64,000 bases of DNA from Eledone cirrhosa (Eukaryota), in assembly GCA_964016885.1 (NCBI GenBank), contig OZ024742.1, positions 351,292,001-351,356,000 on the forward strand, written 5' to 3'. The number at the start of each line of letters is the position of its first letter. The first letter of the stretch is position 1. Below the pieces are notes generated by a model. That model worked only from the letters and a program-made list of their open reading frames with translations, searched no databases and had not been told where the DNA came from. Shown here piece after piece: positions 14,958 to 28,680 of this stretch. A program made the position numbers and the translations under genes.

Positions 14958-15309
14958 ATAATTACGGTATGTACACATTTCTTCTAATTTTGAATTTACA
15001 CCTAATTGTGTATGGTTGACAGTATATTTAGTCTGTTTCTACATGCTGTTGAAATGTTGGATAAATACTCTATCGTGGGCACCGCAAAGAGGCCGCTTTC
15101 GGTTATTTGTCGAAAATTTCATCATAGGAGCCTTTATATAGCTTGGTCTAATTGATTTTTTATATGGTTAATTATGCTAATTGGGAGAGGAAATTGTATA
15201 TATTTTATCTAGTGATTTTAAGGACATGATTTATGATATATATATATATATGAAAGACGTAAAATAAGAAAATTTTAAAAATTAAAATTTAACTTACGAA
15301 AATGTTCAC

Positions 15310-15391
15310 TCCAAATAATTAGTTTCTGTAATGGGATAAATATAGTTACACAATATATATAACTATATAGAATTCATTACGTCATCAGGGA
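15310..15391 (-). ncRNA. Degenerate type I hammerhead (separate family)
   Basis: Minus: tcc CTGATGA c gtaatg..cattac a GAAA ctaattat TT gga; stem III one change away from palindrome ACTAATTAGT. Confidence 0.6.
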
Positions 15392-15797
15392 TTCTATTCT
15401 CAGCTAAGTTCCCAGGCAATGCGCGGACACTAGGAACCCATATAAAAATAATAATTCAGTAGATGGAAAGAAGCTAACGTGGAATAAATTCCGGAGCACT
15501 GAACAAATGTCACTGCCTCTGGTCAGTGGGAGATTCTAAAGAATCAATCACGTGACACCGAGGTTAATCAGTTAGGAGCGGGGTGGCATTATGACAAGTG
15601 CCTACTACTACTACCATCAAACAGTAGTAAATTTTGGCGATTTTGCTCAACAAATAATTTGGAGATAAATATAGAGAATTAGTAGATCTACCAACGTGAT
15701 TTATTATATGGTTAATTATGCTAATCGGGAGAGGAAATTGTATATATTTTATCTAGTGATTCTAAGGACATGATTGGTAGATGTACCAATTATATAT

Positions 15798-15978
<181 letters not shown>

Positions 15979-15991
15979 GTAGATGTACTAA

Positions 15992-16088
<97 letters not shown>

Positions 16089-16430
16089 TACGTGTTTTGC
16101 AACGGGTCACATTGTGGCTCAATGAAAAGTTAATAAATTAAATAATCAGAGCTATATATCATAAAACATGTCTATAGAATCACCAGATAAAATATATACC
16201 ATTTCCTCTCCCAATTAGCATAATCAACTATATAAAAAATCGAATAGACTAGGCTATAATAATAAGGCTTCTATGAAGAAATCCCCAACAAATACCCGAA
16301 ACTAGCCCTTCGCGTCGGCTGCGACGGAATATTTATGAATATTTCGACAGTGTAATCGCCCAGATATACAGTTAATTAAACAGAATTAGGTGTAAAATAA
16401 ACTAGGAGAAAAGAGAATACATTTATTGAC

Positions 16431-16503
16431 CTCTACCATGGTTTCGTCCGCATTTTGAGATTTCCAATATATTCGGAAATTCGAGCATCGGACTCTTCAG
16501 GAG
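16431..16503 (-). ncRNA. Type I hammerhead ribozyme, family B'
   Basis: Minus: ctc CTGAAGA gtccg..cggac GAAA ccatgg TA gag. Confidence 0.85.
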
Positions 16504-16702
16504 TTTGCTCTAATCTAGACATTCAATTTTCCAAAGTGATCGCGCCGAGAATACATTCAAAATGGCTAAGAATCATGCCGGATGAGCGGACAGGTTGGAA
16601 GGTGTGTAGTAGTTGCTTACGGCTGGTGGCTATTTGCTAGAAAGCACGCACAATACAGCCAAATTTGTATCTCAACCTAATGGGAGATTATTAGATATAA
16701 AG

Positions 16703-16779
<77 letters not shown>

Positions 16780-16858
16780 CGTGTTATGATTCTTAGCCAT
16801 TTTGAATGTATTCTCGGCGCGATCACTTTGGAAAATTTAATGTCTAGATTAGAGCAAA

Positions 16859-16931
16859 TTCCTGAAGAGTCCGATGCTCGAATTTCCGAATATATTGGAA
16901 ATCTCAAAATGCGGACGAAACCATGGTAGAG
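16859..16931 (+). ncRNA. Type I hammerhead ribozyme, family B'
   Basis: ttc CTGAAGA gtccg..cggac GAAA ccatgg TA gag. Confidence 0.85.
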
Positions 16932-17369
16932 GTCAATAAATGTATTCTCTTTTCTCCTAGTTTATTTTACACCTAATTCTGTTTAATTAACTGTATATCT
17001 GGGCGATTACACTGTCGAAATATTCATAAATATTCCGTCGCAGCCGACGCGAAGGGCTAGTTTCGGGTATTTGTTGGGGATTTCTTCATAGAAGCCTTAT
17101 TATTATAGCCTAGTCTATTCAATTTTTTATATAGTTGATTCTCCTAATTGGGAGAGGAAATGGTATATATTTTATCTGGTGATTCTATAGATATTTTTTA
17201 TGATATATATATATATGTAAATATATCTATGTAAATATATATATATGTATATATATATTAATATATATATATATTTTTATATATATGTGTTTGTGTCTAT
17301 ATTGTATCCGTATTATGTTTGACCGTCGGTCAGTCAATGGCAACATTGAGGACCGAATAAATTAGATTA

Positions 17370-17520
17370 CCGAAGCGAAAACCAACCAAACAGTGAGTGC
17401 GTTCTGTTATTAGTTCTGGCAATATCACACAAATATGACCCTCCCCAAGTATAACAATATTTGTTTCGACACACGATTTCATATTAAAAAAAACCTCGCA
17501 AATCTAATTCATCGCCGTTA
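17370..17520 (+). repeat. Family F repeat (related to 26323-26458, 52855-53090, 53812-53983)
   Basis: Shared gaccctccc(c/a)aagtataacaatat..tttc(g/a)acacacg. Confidence 0.75.
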
Positions 17521-17559
17521 TATATATATATATATATATTATGAGACATTTTTGCTGAA

Positions 17560-19853
17560 AGGTGGGAGTACTTCAGATATTAGAGATATTATGATTTAGA
17601 GATATTAATATAATAAACATTTAAATTGTTACAAAAGATAGGATCATTTTGAAGATTTATAGGAATATTATAAATTACACATAGTCCTGAATCTAGAATC
17701 TTGGCAATGTCTGCATGAATTAAATAATTCTGTCCTGAGATTAATAGAGTGTTGACAGTTAATTATATAACAACTTACTTCAATAAACAATTTACAGATT
17801 TTGATAAAGCCAAATTTCGGTACGCATGTGCTTCGAAATTGTTTTCCAAGATATTGTCTAGTCTATATTCTTGCTTTTTAATTTCCATATAAGATGTGAA
17901 AGAGAAGTAGAAGATTTTCCTATCAGATCTTCTGAAAGAATGATTATTGTTATTCCACGAATCTTTATATTGTGTAGAATTGGCACCGGCATAGTTAAAT
18001 AGATTACCACAAGTTTTAACTGTGCCTTTATAGACTACGTTTTTATCTAAACACTTATGTTGAAAAAGGGTAGTTTGATTTGATTCTACAGTTACATTTT
18101 ACGGAGTTGTTGTTGCTCAGAACGGTACTATTATGTTGGATATTGCTAGAAATATTATTATTGCTATTATGGTTATTTTGGTTAGGGTTTAAATTTAAGT
18201 TTCTATTATTAATTCTATTTCTATTTTGTGCTAAGTTCATAGTAGTAGAGTAGGATAGTTTTATAGTATGTCTGTTAAAGATTGAGTGGTATCTGTGGGC
18301 TTTAGGAAAACATTTGTCTAGTGCTTTAAAGAATAGTTTTGCTGAAGGTGTTTTAACGCTTAATGAGAATAGGGGCGAGTACCAAATAATATTACTAGTT
18401 CTAGTTCTTTTGTTTGGTTTAGGGTTTAATTTAAATTGTTTATTATTATAATAATTAATACTAGGGTGATTTGCCATGTTATTGTTGTCATGTAATTAAT
18501 TTTATTCGAATACACTGGTCTATTTAAAGCTTCATTATAATATTCAGCCTTATCATCAAAAGATATTTTTATTAGCAGAGATGCGTGAAATTCGTTGTTT
18601 CACACTATTGACAATAGTGTTCTTAATAGATCTAGGATGATTAGAGTTAAAACTTACGTAATTTAGATTCCCATTAATTTTATGGAAAGGATAGTAAAGC
18701 CCTGTGCTAAGGTTTAATGTTACGTCTAAGAAGTCAACGATTTCATAGTTATTCTCTATTTCTAACTTAAGGTTATAATTATTAAAGTATTGTATTATGG
18801 ATTTTCTTTTCCTATTAATTTCACAATTACTTTGGTTTTCAATTAAAAAGCAGCATATCATCACGATATAAACCACCGGTCGTCTCTGGCATTTTCTTAT
18901 GCAGTGTATGACTAATAGATAAGCCAACAAGATCCGTTATTTGCGCTAAGTCAGATGATCCCATGGTGATATCAAAATTATGTTTTCTATCAGCTCTTGT
19001 CCAGAGATGATTGTTGAATTCTATTAAAGTTTTCCGTGTTGTTAGAATGATATGCATTTCATCACTAGGTAAATCTGTATGTTTAGATGCGTAGATAATA
19101 TCTCTATTAAGTGAACTAGGAGTAATAGGGGAGTAGTAATTTGCAATATCCATTTGAATGAATTTTTTGTTATGTTTAAATTTTATGTTATTGAACAAAT
19201 CTATAACTTCATTAGTACCGTTCCATAGTTTCAGGTGTGATTTTTCTTTAAGTTGCGGTATGATTCTATTTAATATATGTTTACTAATTTTTCCTAAGTC
19301 TGATTTCGATGGTGCTAGAAGTATGACGGGTAGTTTTATTTCAAAGTTTCTTTTGTGTTCTTTCAGGTTGATTTTCGCTCTTCTAGGTATAAAGGGATCA
19401 GTCCTATTCTGGATGCATAATATATGAATTATTTCAGAAACTTCTCTATTTAACGTTGACAGATCTTCATTTGTTGTTATTTTGTAGTTTTCTCTGAGTT
19501 CTTTCAATATTAGGTTATTATATTCGTCCTTTTGCATTCCGTATAGATTATTAGTTTTATTAGATTTTACGAGGATCTTCTTAGTTTTTTCAAGATTGTC
19601 TATATTATTCTTGAGGCCTTTAAGGTATTCCTGGACTATGAATTGATTTTTCTTGAATTTAATGTTTTGTATAATAGATATTACTTCATTTTCAAATTCA
19701 GTTAATAGTTTGTGGTGAGGTGGATTCTTCTTAGATTTGAACATAAGATCAAAATTGTAACTGGATTTATTTAATTTTTCATCTGGTTTTCTATCAAAAT
19801 GGAAGGCACGCCAACTAAGACTTCGTATAAAGGAGTCAGATTTCTCAATGAGT
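17560..19853 (-). pseudogene. Penelope-like retroelement 1: decayed RT + GIY-YIG ORF (Hydra-clade-like), 5' end abuts (TA)n
   Basis: LIEKSDSFIRSLSWRAFHF, KSKKNPP, FIQMDI, MGSSDLAQITDLVG, GGLYRDD, DFLDVTL, SNHP, CNC..P..C, VVYK..YAG, SCRH across several frameshifts (ORFs 18839-19744, 18556-18930, 18055-18477). Confidence 0.93.
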
Positions 19854-19862
19854 TATTTTATA

Positions 19863-19949
<87 letters not shown>

Positions 19950-19951
<2 letters not shown>

Positions 19952-20490
19952 TTTGCTTGTTCTGCTTATCTTGATATTAAGTTCGGTATATCAAATTATT
20001 ACCATAGAACCACCTTGAATCATAGACAACCTATGTATTTCTGGAGGTACCTTGTACCTTCAGATATATTAACTTTATTCATATTCTCCGTTATGTAGAG
20101 AACAAATCTGTCGTTCTATCTAGCTGCTTTTTTTTTAGTGGCGACTATAGACAACAAGTCTACGATTTTCCGCCTTCACTTCACACCAGCGAAAATACGG
20201 GTCACTTTTACGACCTTTAGACTCGTGTCAGTTGGGGACGAGGTCATATATTTTATCGTTCCTGAGGTTTTTAACCCTAGGAAAGGAAAATGCTTCTCTG
20301 CTGATCTTTGTTTTTCCATTAATATCCATGTGATATCTAATGTTTTGCAAAGTGAAACTGTACAGTAAGGGCCATCAGAATAGGTAAATATTTATATTAT
20401 ATTTTTTAATTTTGATTAATTTTAATTGTAAATTAATTTTGATTTATTTTGAAAAATTGGTTAAATTTTGCTTGTTCTGCTTACCTTGAT
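19950..20490 (+). mobile_element. Family C non-coding unit (~515-bp period, short terminal direct repeat) between (TA)n tracts
   Basis: ttttgcttgttctgctta(t/c)cttgatat at both ends; ~20195-20490 repeated at ~42160-42455. Confidence 0.82.
20294..20371 (+). ncRNA. Type I hammerhead, family C (A6C in this copy)
   Basis: ttct CTGCTGA t ctttg..caaag t GAAA ctgtacag TA aggg; palindromic ACTGTACAGT. Confidence 0.7.
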
Positions 20491-20522
20491 ATATATATAT
20501 ATGTGTATGTATGTATATATAC

Positions 20523-20629
<107 letters not shown>

Positions 20630-20741
20630 TATATAGGAAAAAGTTCAGGACCTCAAGCCGTTAAGACGGCTTGAGCTCTGCCATCGGCGTCCTGAATATT
20701 TTCTTATTACCCACGGTACTATGCAAAGTATATAGTACTCT

Positions 20742-20774
<33 letters not shown>

Positions 20775-21060
20775 GTGTATATAATGGTATCTATGGTGCT
20801 TCCATAGGCCGTATGCCAAAATTAGGACTCAATATTCATGCAGAGCAGAGTGTGAATAGTATAAAAAACGAAAAATCAGTGATGCATCTGACGAAAACAG
20901 CCCAGTGAGAAAATTTGCTCCGAAAGAATTGCATGTGTCCGAAGGAACCCGCAGCCGTAGAATCAGCCAGATCCATACAGTGATCATGTCTCGGGATACC
21001 TGCCGGCGAAACAATTGTAACACGTAAGAAACTGAGTCCAGATGCATCAATGACTCTTCG

Positions 21061-21148
<88 letters not shown>

Positions 21149-21152
21149 GTAC

Positions 21153-21197
<45 letters not shown>

Positions 21198-21364
21198 GTA
21201 CGTATGTATCTATATATGTGTGTGTTTCTATGTACACATGTACGTGGCTTTGCATCTTTGCTATTAGTAATATTCATAATTGGATCATTCATAATAATTC
21301 ATGGAGTGATTAAAGTACTAGTAATTGACAGAGGGTGTTTCTAGTAAATTACTTCCCGTACTAC

Positions 21365-21556
21365 ATGGCGCTTTTGGTGAATTCGGGCAAATTTCCTCAC
21401 AGATATAAGCACACACACGTACGCGTGTGTGTTTGCGCGTGTGATTGTGCTAAGTTATGTGTGGATATCTGCCTGGATTAACCAAAAGTAACCAAAATTA
21501 ACCATGTAATATAAAAGGTCATTAGATAAAGCCATTGGTAGAAGTAATTCTGTGTG
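21365..21556 (-). repeat. Dispersed repeat, inverted copy at ~28690-28885
   Basis: ggcgcttttggtgaattcgggca versus tgcccgaattcaccaaaagcgcc. Confidence 0.85.
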
Positions 21557-21562
21557 TATATA

Positions 21563-21598
<36 letters not shown>

Positions 21599-21635
21599 GA
21601 AAGATTTGAATGGATACAGTTTAGTTGAAAGGAAT

Positions 21636-21755
21636 TTATTGACACGTGTTTCTATAACAGTTACATAACCTGAAAACAGCTGCTATCAACAAAGTTTTAG
21701 TTATGCAGACATTCAATATTTCAATGTTATTATTACTGTCATTTCATCAGAATAA
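21636..21755 (-). ncRNA. Type I hammerhead in 3' pseudo-LTR of PLE 2
   Basis: Minus: ttatt CTGATGA a atgacagt..actgttat a GAAA cacgtg TC aataa; palindromic ACACGTGT. Confidence 0.85.
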
Positions 21756-22311
21756 TATTACTGAGGACCTATTTGGTTTTTATAGAGAATATTAGGAGGG
21801 AGGGGTGAAGTCGTTAGAAGAATAGTTGAGGGAGTGGTTCTTTGATAGCAGTGAGAATTTTTGGTGGCAGTGAGTAATTAGATTCCCATCTGTTGTTTTG
21901 ACATTTTTATAGAATATATTATTGGTAATTTTCTAAATCTATAGAAGGATTAGAGATAGTAAAGATATGCGTGGTTGGTTTTGTGTTTGCACTTAATTAA
22001 CATTCAGACTTAAATTATTCTTTCAAGTGTACGTATCCTTTCACCCACGCATTCACACACAAATATATTTGCACACCTCTACAAAATACATATACTCACA
22101 TTCACATAGTAACATGTTCATACTTCCATACATATGCACATGCATACATATATATATACACACATGTATTCATGTACATACATACCCGTTCATGTGTATA
22201 CATTTTCATACTCAACTTATCTTTATATACACACGTATAGACACACACATATATACATACATACTCACATACTCTAGTCTATGTGTACATATATACATAT
22301 ACATACACATC

Positions 22312-22365
<54 letters not shown>

Positions 22366-22582
22366 AGCACTTTACTACATGAATACACTTACATCTAACT
22401 ATACACATCAAACATATATATATATTTACTTATTTATATACATTTTCACATATATATACATACTTATGGACGTTTTTAGACACATTCATTATCGCATATT
22501 TGCACCTATTCTCATCAGCATATCTTTCCATTATTAGTGTGGTAATTTAAGGTTATTAATATATGTTGAGAAGAGATTGTTT

Positions 22583-24960
22583 TTATATTTTTCTAACTAG
22601 ATTGAGGTTTATATAGTTGGGGGGTATGTCCCTCTTGTATGTACTATTCGGCTTGTAGTGAGAAAAAAGGGTTTTAGTTCTGTGACGGCAGAATAATGTT
22701 CGTTCAATTCTGTTATTCAGCAATTTCTTCTTGTGTGTGATTATGTAATAAATCTCAAGATTACACAATTTGCAGAAATTTTGGCTCCTGGAAAAGCTTT
22801 GGGTTTTAGCTAATTTCTCCCATTTTAGGGTAAACTTTTGATCGCTATCCCTGAGCGTCCAAGCTTTTTCTGCTAAAGTTGTTACATTTCTTTGGCTCTG
22901 GTGTTTTATTGAGTAAGAATGCCTATATAATCGAGATTTAAACTATGTTGCCGTTGATCCCACGTAATACCACTCGTTGCCTCCGGATTTAATGGTACAC
23001 TTATAAATAATATTTTTTTCCAGGCAGTTATTGCCGAGGGGGCAGTTGTCAGGATAGGTGCAGTTACAGTTGTGTACGTTGGGTTTTCTCTGGAGTAGTA
23101 TTGCGGACGAAATTAGGTGTGGTTTATTTATGTTCTGTTGTGTATTGTCTACTTTTTTTTTTGTGTTCTTTGTACTTAAGTTCTTAGTGTTTTCGTTTAA
23201 CCTTCTAGTATTGATCTTTTTTATGTGTTGTTCATGGTTTAACGCTGTAGAGTAAGACAGTCTTATAGTGGTAGGGTTTAGGATTTTGTGGTATTTGTGT
23301 GATGTAGGAAAATGTCTCTTAATTATTTTAAAGAAGAGTACTGGTAAATTTGTACTAATGGAACTATTGTATTCGGGGTTATACCATAAGTACTCTTTGC
23401 ATCGCGTTCTATTAGTTTTGTTTTTTGGTTTACTGGTGTGCATACTATAGTAGTAAGTGTGATTTGGTGTTGTGTTATTATATCTACCTATGTGGTATTT
23501 ATTTTGGGTGTTTTGATTGTTTCCATCTATATATTCTATTTTGTTGAGGTAGCCTGCTTTACTAAGGGCGTTATCGTAGTACTCGGCGTATTCCTTAAAT
23601 ACTTGTATGTTAGAAGATAGACCCGAGATTCTAAGGGAAATATTTTTAGGGATAGATTTAATTATAGAGATGGGGTGGTTAGACCCAACATTTACGTATT
23701 TGAGATTTTCATTCAATTTATGAAACCGTTTTATCAAACCAGAGTTTAAATTGAGTGTGACATCCAGGAAGTTAACTACTTTAAGGTTGTATTCATATGT
23801 TATAGTTAGTCCTATTTCGAGTAGTAGTTTTCTTATATCTTTGCGTAATTTTTCTAGTTTTTGGTTATTTATGTTTTTAACTAGGAGGAGAACATCGTCG
23901 CGGTATATTCCGCCGTGGAGATTGCTGAATTTTTCCTGGAGTCTAAAGGCGATAAATAACCCCACAATATCAGTTATTTCCGCCGAATCGTTAGAGCCCA
24001 TTGTTATGTCAAAGTTAGAGGGTCTATCTTTACGTACCCAATAACTTTCTCAAATTTGACTATAGTTTTCCTAGCTTCTAATATAATCTTAATTTCATCG
24101 TTTGTAAGGTCAGAGTTATCCTTAGCAAACTTAATGGCTCTATTCAAAGTTTCAGGTGATATCGATGAGTAATATTCATCGATAACAAACTGGATAAACT
24201 TAGATTTATTCTTATTGCTAATGCTATTAAACCATCTTATTGCTTCTTGGGTCTTCCCCCAGAGTTTAATGTTATCCTTAGCCTTAATTTGGGGGATGAT
24301 TCTATCTAAGATATATTTGCTTATTTTACCTATATCTGATTTAGAGGGGCAGATTAATCTAATTTTAGGGTCATTATCAAAGTTTACCTTATGGTCCTTA
24401 ATATTGAAGGTGGGTACCGCCGGTAAGAGTGGTCCTGTCCTATCTTCGATTCCGAGATTTTTCACTATTTCGCATGCCTCATCATTGATGTGCTTAAGAG
24501 TTACTTCATTCGTTTTCCTATATTTTTTATGTAATTCTTTTCGAATTAAGTTGTTGTATGTAGTGCAATCCATAGTATACAGGTTTGATGTTTTGTCCGC
24601 TTTTACTACAATTCCTTTGGTGTTTTTAAGGTCGTCCAGTACTTTTTTTATATCTTTCTGTAATTTGTTGTTGGTGTTGCGTCCTTTGAATTTAATTTTA
24701 AGGATTAAGTTCATAAGGTCCTGCTCAAATGCATCTAATAGTGGGTTGGTGGGTGGGTTTTTACACGTCCTAAAACCGAATTTGTTGTTCACACCACTTT
24801 CTAATGTTGAGTTCATACGGCTTCTATCATAGTGGAGCGTTTTCCACCTGACACGTCGAATGAATTCATTAGTTTTTTGAATCATACTCAATAAATATTC
24901 CTTTCTACCTTGGGTTGGTATGTTTTGAGTGACATATCCAGGTAGTGTTTTTCCATTGTT
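22583..24960 (-). pseudogene. PLE 2 RT + GIY-YIG endonuclease ORF; one frameshift (~24040), one in-frame TAG (22943-22945), motif-A Asp replaced by Val
   Basis: QNIP..FIRRVRWK..KNPP..KADKT..FIQFVI..MGSNDSAEITDIVG..GGIYRDD..NFLDVTL..SNHP..CNCTYPDNCPLGNNC..IIYK..YVG..CKLC..FCRH. Confidence 0.95.
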
Positions 24961-25411
24961 GTTGTTGCGTTTGCTGTGTGGGTTGCTCGACTTTACAGGA
25001 GGTAAATATACAGTATTTGTGTTGTAATATAAATCTTACACACAGTAGATTGACAGCTCACGTAGAGTTTGCTCGACGGTTCCAGTTGTAGTTCCAAACG
25101 TAATCCGGAGAAAAATAGAAAGATTTGAATGGATACAGTTTAGTTGAAAGGAATTTATTGACACGTGTTTCTATAACAGTTACATAACCGGAAAACAATC
25201 TCTTCTCAACATATATTAATAACCTTAAATTACCACACTAATAATGGAAAGATATGCTGATGAGAATAGGTGCAAATATGCGATAATGAATGTGTCTAAA
25301 AACGTCCATAAGTATGTACATATATGTGAAAATGTATATAAATAAGTAAATATATATATGACTGATGTGTATAGTTAGATGTAAGTGTATTCATGTACTA
25401 AAGTGTTTATG

Positions 25412-25479
<68 letters not shown>

Positions 25480-26024
25480 TGTGTATGTATATGTATATAT
25501 GTACACATAGACTAGAGTATGTATGTATATATGTGTGTGTCTATACGTGTGTATATAAAGATAAGTTGAGTATGAAAATGTATACACATGAACGCGTATG
25601 TATGTACATGAATACATGTGTGTATATATATATGTATGCATGTGTATATGTATGTAAGTATGAACATGTTACTATGTGAATGTGAGTATATGTATTTTGT
25701 AGAGGTGTGCAAATATATGTGTGTGAATGCGTGGGTGAAAGGATACGTACACTTGAAAGAAAAATTTAAGTCTGAATGTTAATTAAGTGCAAACACAAAA
25801 CCAACCACGCATATCTTTACTATCTCTAATCCTTCTATAGATTTAGAAAAATAACCAATAATATATTCTATAAAAATGTCAAAACAACAGATGGAAATCT
25901 AATTACTCACTGCCACCAAAAATGCTCACTGCTATCAAAAAACCACTCCCTCAATTATTCTTCTAACAACTTCACCCCTCCCTCCTAATATTCTCTATAA
26001 AAACCAAATAGGTCCTCAGTAATA

Positions 26025-26145
26025 TTATTCTGATGAAATAACAGTAAATAATAACTTTGAAATATTGAATGTCTGCATAACTAAAACTTTGTCGATAGCA
26101 GCTGTTTTCAGGTTATGCAACTGTTATAGAAACACGTGTCAATAA
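26025..26145 (+). ncRNA. Type I hammerhead in inverted pseudo-LTR of PLE 2
   Basis: ttatt CTGATGA a ataacagt..actgttat a GAAA cacgtg TC aataa. Confidence 0.85.
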
Positions 26146-26292
26146 ATTCCTTTCAACTAAACTGTATCCATTCAAATCTTTCTATTTTTCTCCGGATTAC
26201 TTTTGGAACTACAACTGGAACCGTCGAGCAAACTCTACGTGAGCTGTCAATCTACTGTGTGTAATATTTATATTACAACACAACGGAAAATA

Positions 26293-26328
<36 letters not shown>

Positions 26329-26455
26329 ATACTTTTGGAGGGTCATGTTGCCAATAAGAAACACACGCACCAGTTGTTTTCACTTCAAAGTATAACAATA
26401 TCGGTTTCAACACACGTTTGCAGATAAATAATCTTGCTAAACGAATTCAGAAGCG

Positions 26456-26900
<445 letters not shown>

Positions 26901-26967
26901 TACACACACAGTATGTATATATAAATGTATGTATATATATAACAATATATATATATATACATATATG

Positions 26968-26998
<31 letters not shown>

Positions 26999-27371
26999 TT
27001 GTTGAATTTCGTATTTCTAAAGGAATACGCTATGTTTACAAATAAACATTTAGAAAGCCCCAGCTAACGGATAGCTATCGCCACCCACCATTGTCGAGCA
27101 GAAGCAAGGGGGATGATCGTCGATGCATTTCGAACTCGACTGGTTCTCGTTAGGACGATATCTCCCGTTATTATAACTGCTGGTCTTTTAAAGCAGGCGA
27201 AAATATATAATTTTTTTCTTTAGAAATAGGAAATTCAAATTCATATCTGTATACATTTATGATCGAAGCTAAATTCTAATTCTATTCTATTATAAGTTGA
27301 GCCAACTTATACACTTTATATGCAAATGAGAATATCTGTATACAGCTAAGTGCGAAGCTAAATTCTAAATC

Positions 27372-27433
<62 letters not shown>

Positions 27434-27531
27434 CAACGAGTAGGCTCCTACTCATTCCTATTACCCACTCTACTACCCTAAGTATTGAGTAATTTGGTGC
27501 GTTATGGTCCATCTGGTTTCTTACCTCGTTT

Positions 27532-27611
<80 letters not shown>

Positions 27612-28165
27612 GATAAGTTATCGTTATAGGTAATTCTGTTAGAGGTTGTGAGTGCTCCGTATTGTGGATAGTTTTAACGTACGGCGTTGTTTGACTCAAC
27701 AAGAGGTTTCCATAGTTAGGGTTTTAATGTACTGACTACATACAACCCCACTGTTATTAGCTATCAACTGACTAACTGGTCACACAATAAACATGATGTA
27801 CCTCCTAAACTTTCTTTCACTCTCATTCTCTAAAGGCACATCACGCCATTAAGATTAGACAATCAGCATGCCTGACATTTACCACACGTATCATCGTATC
27901 GCCAATCCGACTCTCTGTCTTCTGTCCTGTATCTCTTCCCCTCTCCCTTAATTTTTAATTTATTTTCTTTTATCTGTCGTTTGTTACTATTTTTTTATTT
28001 TCTACGCTAACCCTCTGAGATTTGACCACTACGTATGTATGTATTTATGTTTCGTTTCACGTTAGTATTATCTCTACCCTCACCAGGTCTTTACACACAC
28101 ACTTACTCACCACAGTAACTTTAATCACCACCACTACTACCACCACTATTATCAGCAATCGTATT

Positions 28166-28350
28166 GGTGGATTGGCAGTATCGGTAGAGGGCCGGACGCC
28201 ATGCTTTGACGCATATAGTTACAGCCCTTGCCATTCTGAGTCCAAATCCCGGCGAGGTTAACTTTTCCTTTCATCCTTACGGGGTCGATAAAATAAAGTA
28301 CCAGTAATGCACTAGGTAATTGCTGCCTTGTGCTAAAAGTAAAAACAATT
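28166..28350 (+). mobile_element. tRNA/Nin-type SINE
   Basis: ggtggattggcagtatcggtagagg...tttcatccttacggggtcgataaaataaagtaccag. Confidence 0.92.
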
Positions 28351-28636
28351 ACTTTTACTTATTTTTTTTTTTTCATTTCCATTCTAACTTCTTTACTTTA
28401 TTAGTATCTTTTATTGTTGATGTTATTGTTTTGATTCTCCGTTGTATCGATAAATACCAATGCCATATGTAAAACGTCCAGTATGCCGATGATTTGATCG
28501 GTGGTAAGCACTGTATTTAAGATTGAGTGACGCAACTTCGAGTGATTAGCGGCCCTTAGACTCACCTGATCAATGAACAATTGTTAATACTAGAAATAAA
28601 ACCTTTTTGTACAGCCGACCATGTTATTCTTCAATC

Positions 28637-28680
<44 letters not shown>

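Larger units (their letters stand above)
13998..15240 (+). mobile_element. Head-to-tail tandem of a ~653-bp non-coding unit (family B), one HHR per unit
   Basis: Units start atatctatgactttatgtatatgtaaacc at ~14002 and ~14657; CTGATGA at 14234 and 14887. Confidence 0.92.
16094..17206. mobile_element. Inverted pair of a diverged family B subfamily (minus full unit 16094-16712; plus partial 16787-17206)
   Basis: ~16155-16577 is nearly the exact reverse complement of 16787-17206; homologous to the 14-kb unit. Confidence 0.92.
21599..26297 (-). mobile_element. Penelope-like retroelement 2, near full length: 3' pseudo-LTR (21599-22583), ORF, partial 5' direct repeat (~25118-25197), inverted pseudo-LTR (25192-26297), in (TA)n
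   Basis: 25192-26183 is the reverse complement of 21599-22583; 26184-26297 is the reverse complement of ~25005-25118; (TA)n on both flanks. Confidence 0.95.

Noticed and set aside
20881-21048. CTGACGA...GAAA flanked by gatgcatctg/cagatgcatc
   Set aside because: No stem II pairing and the UH site is missing
22943-22945. In-frame stop in the PLE 2 endonuclease as possible selenocysteine recoding
   Set aside because: Codon is TAG, not TGA, and not at a Cys position; the copy has other lesions
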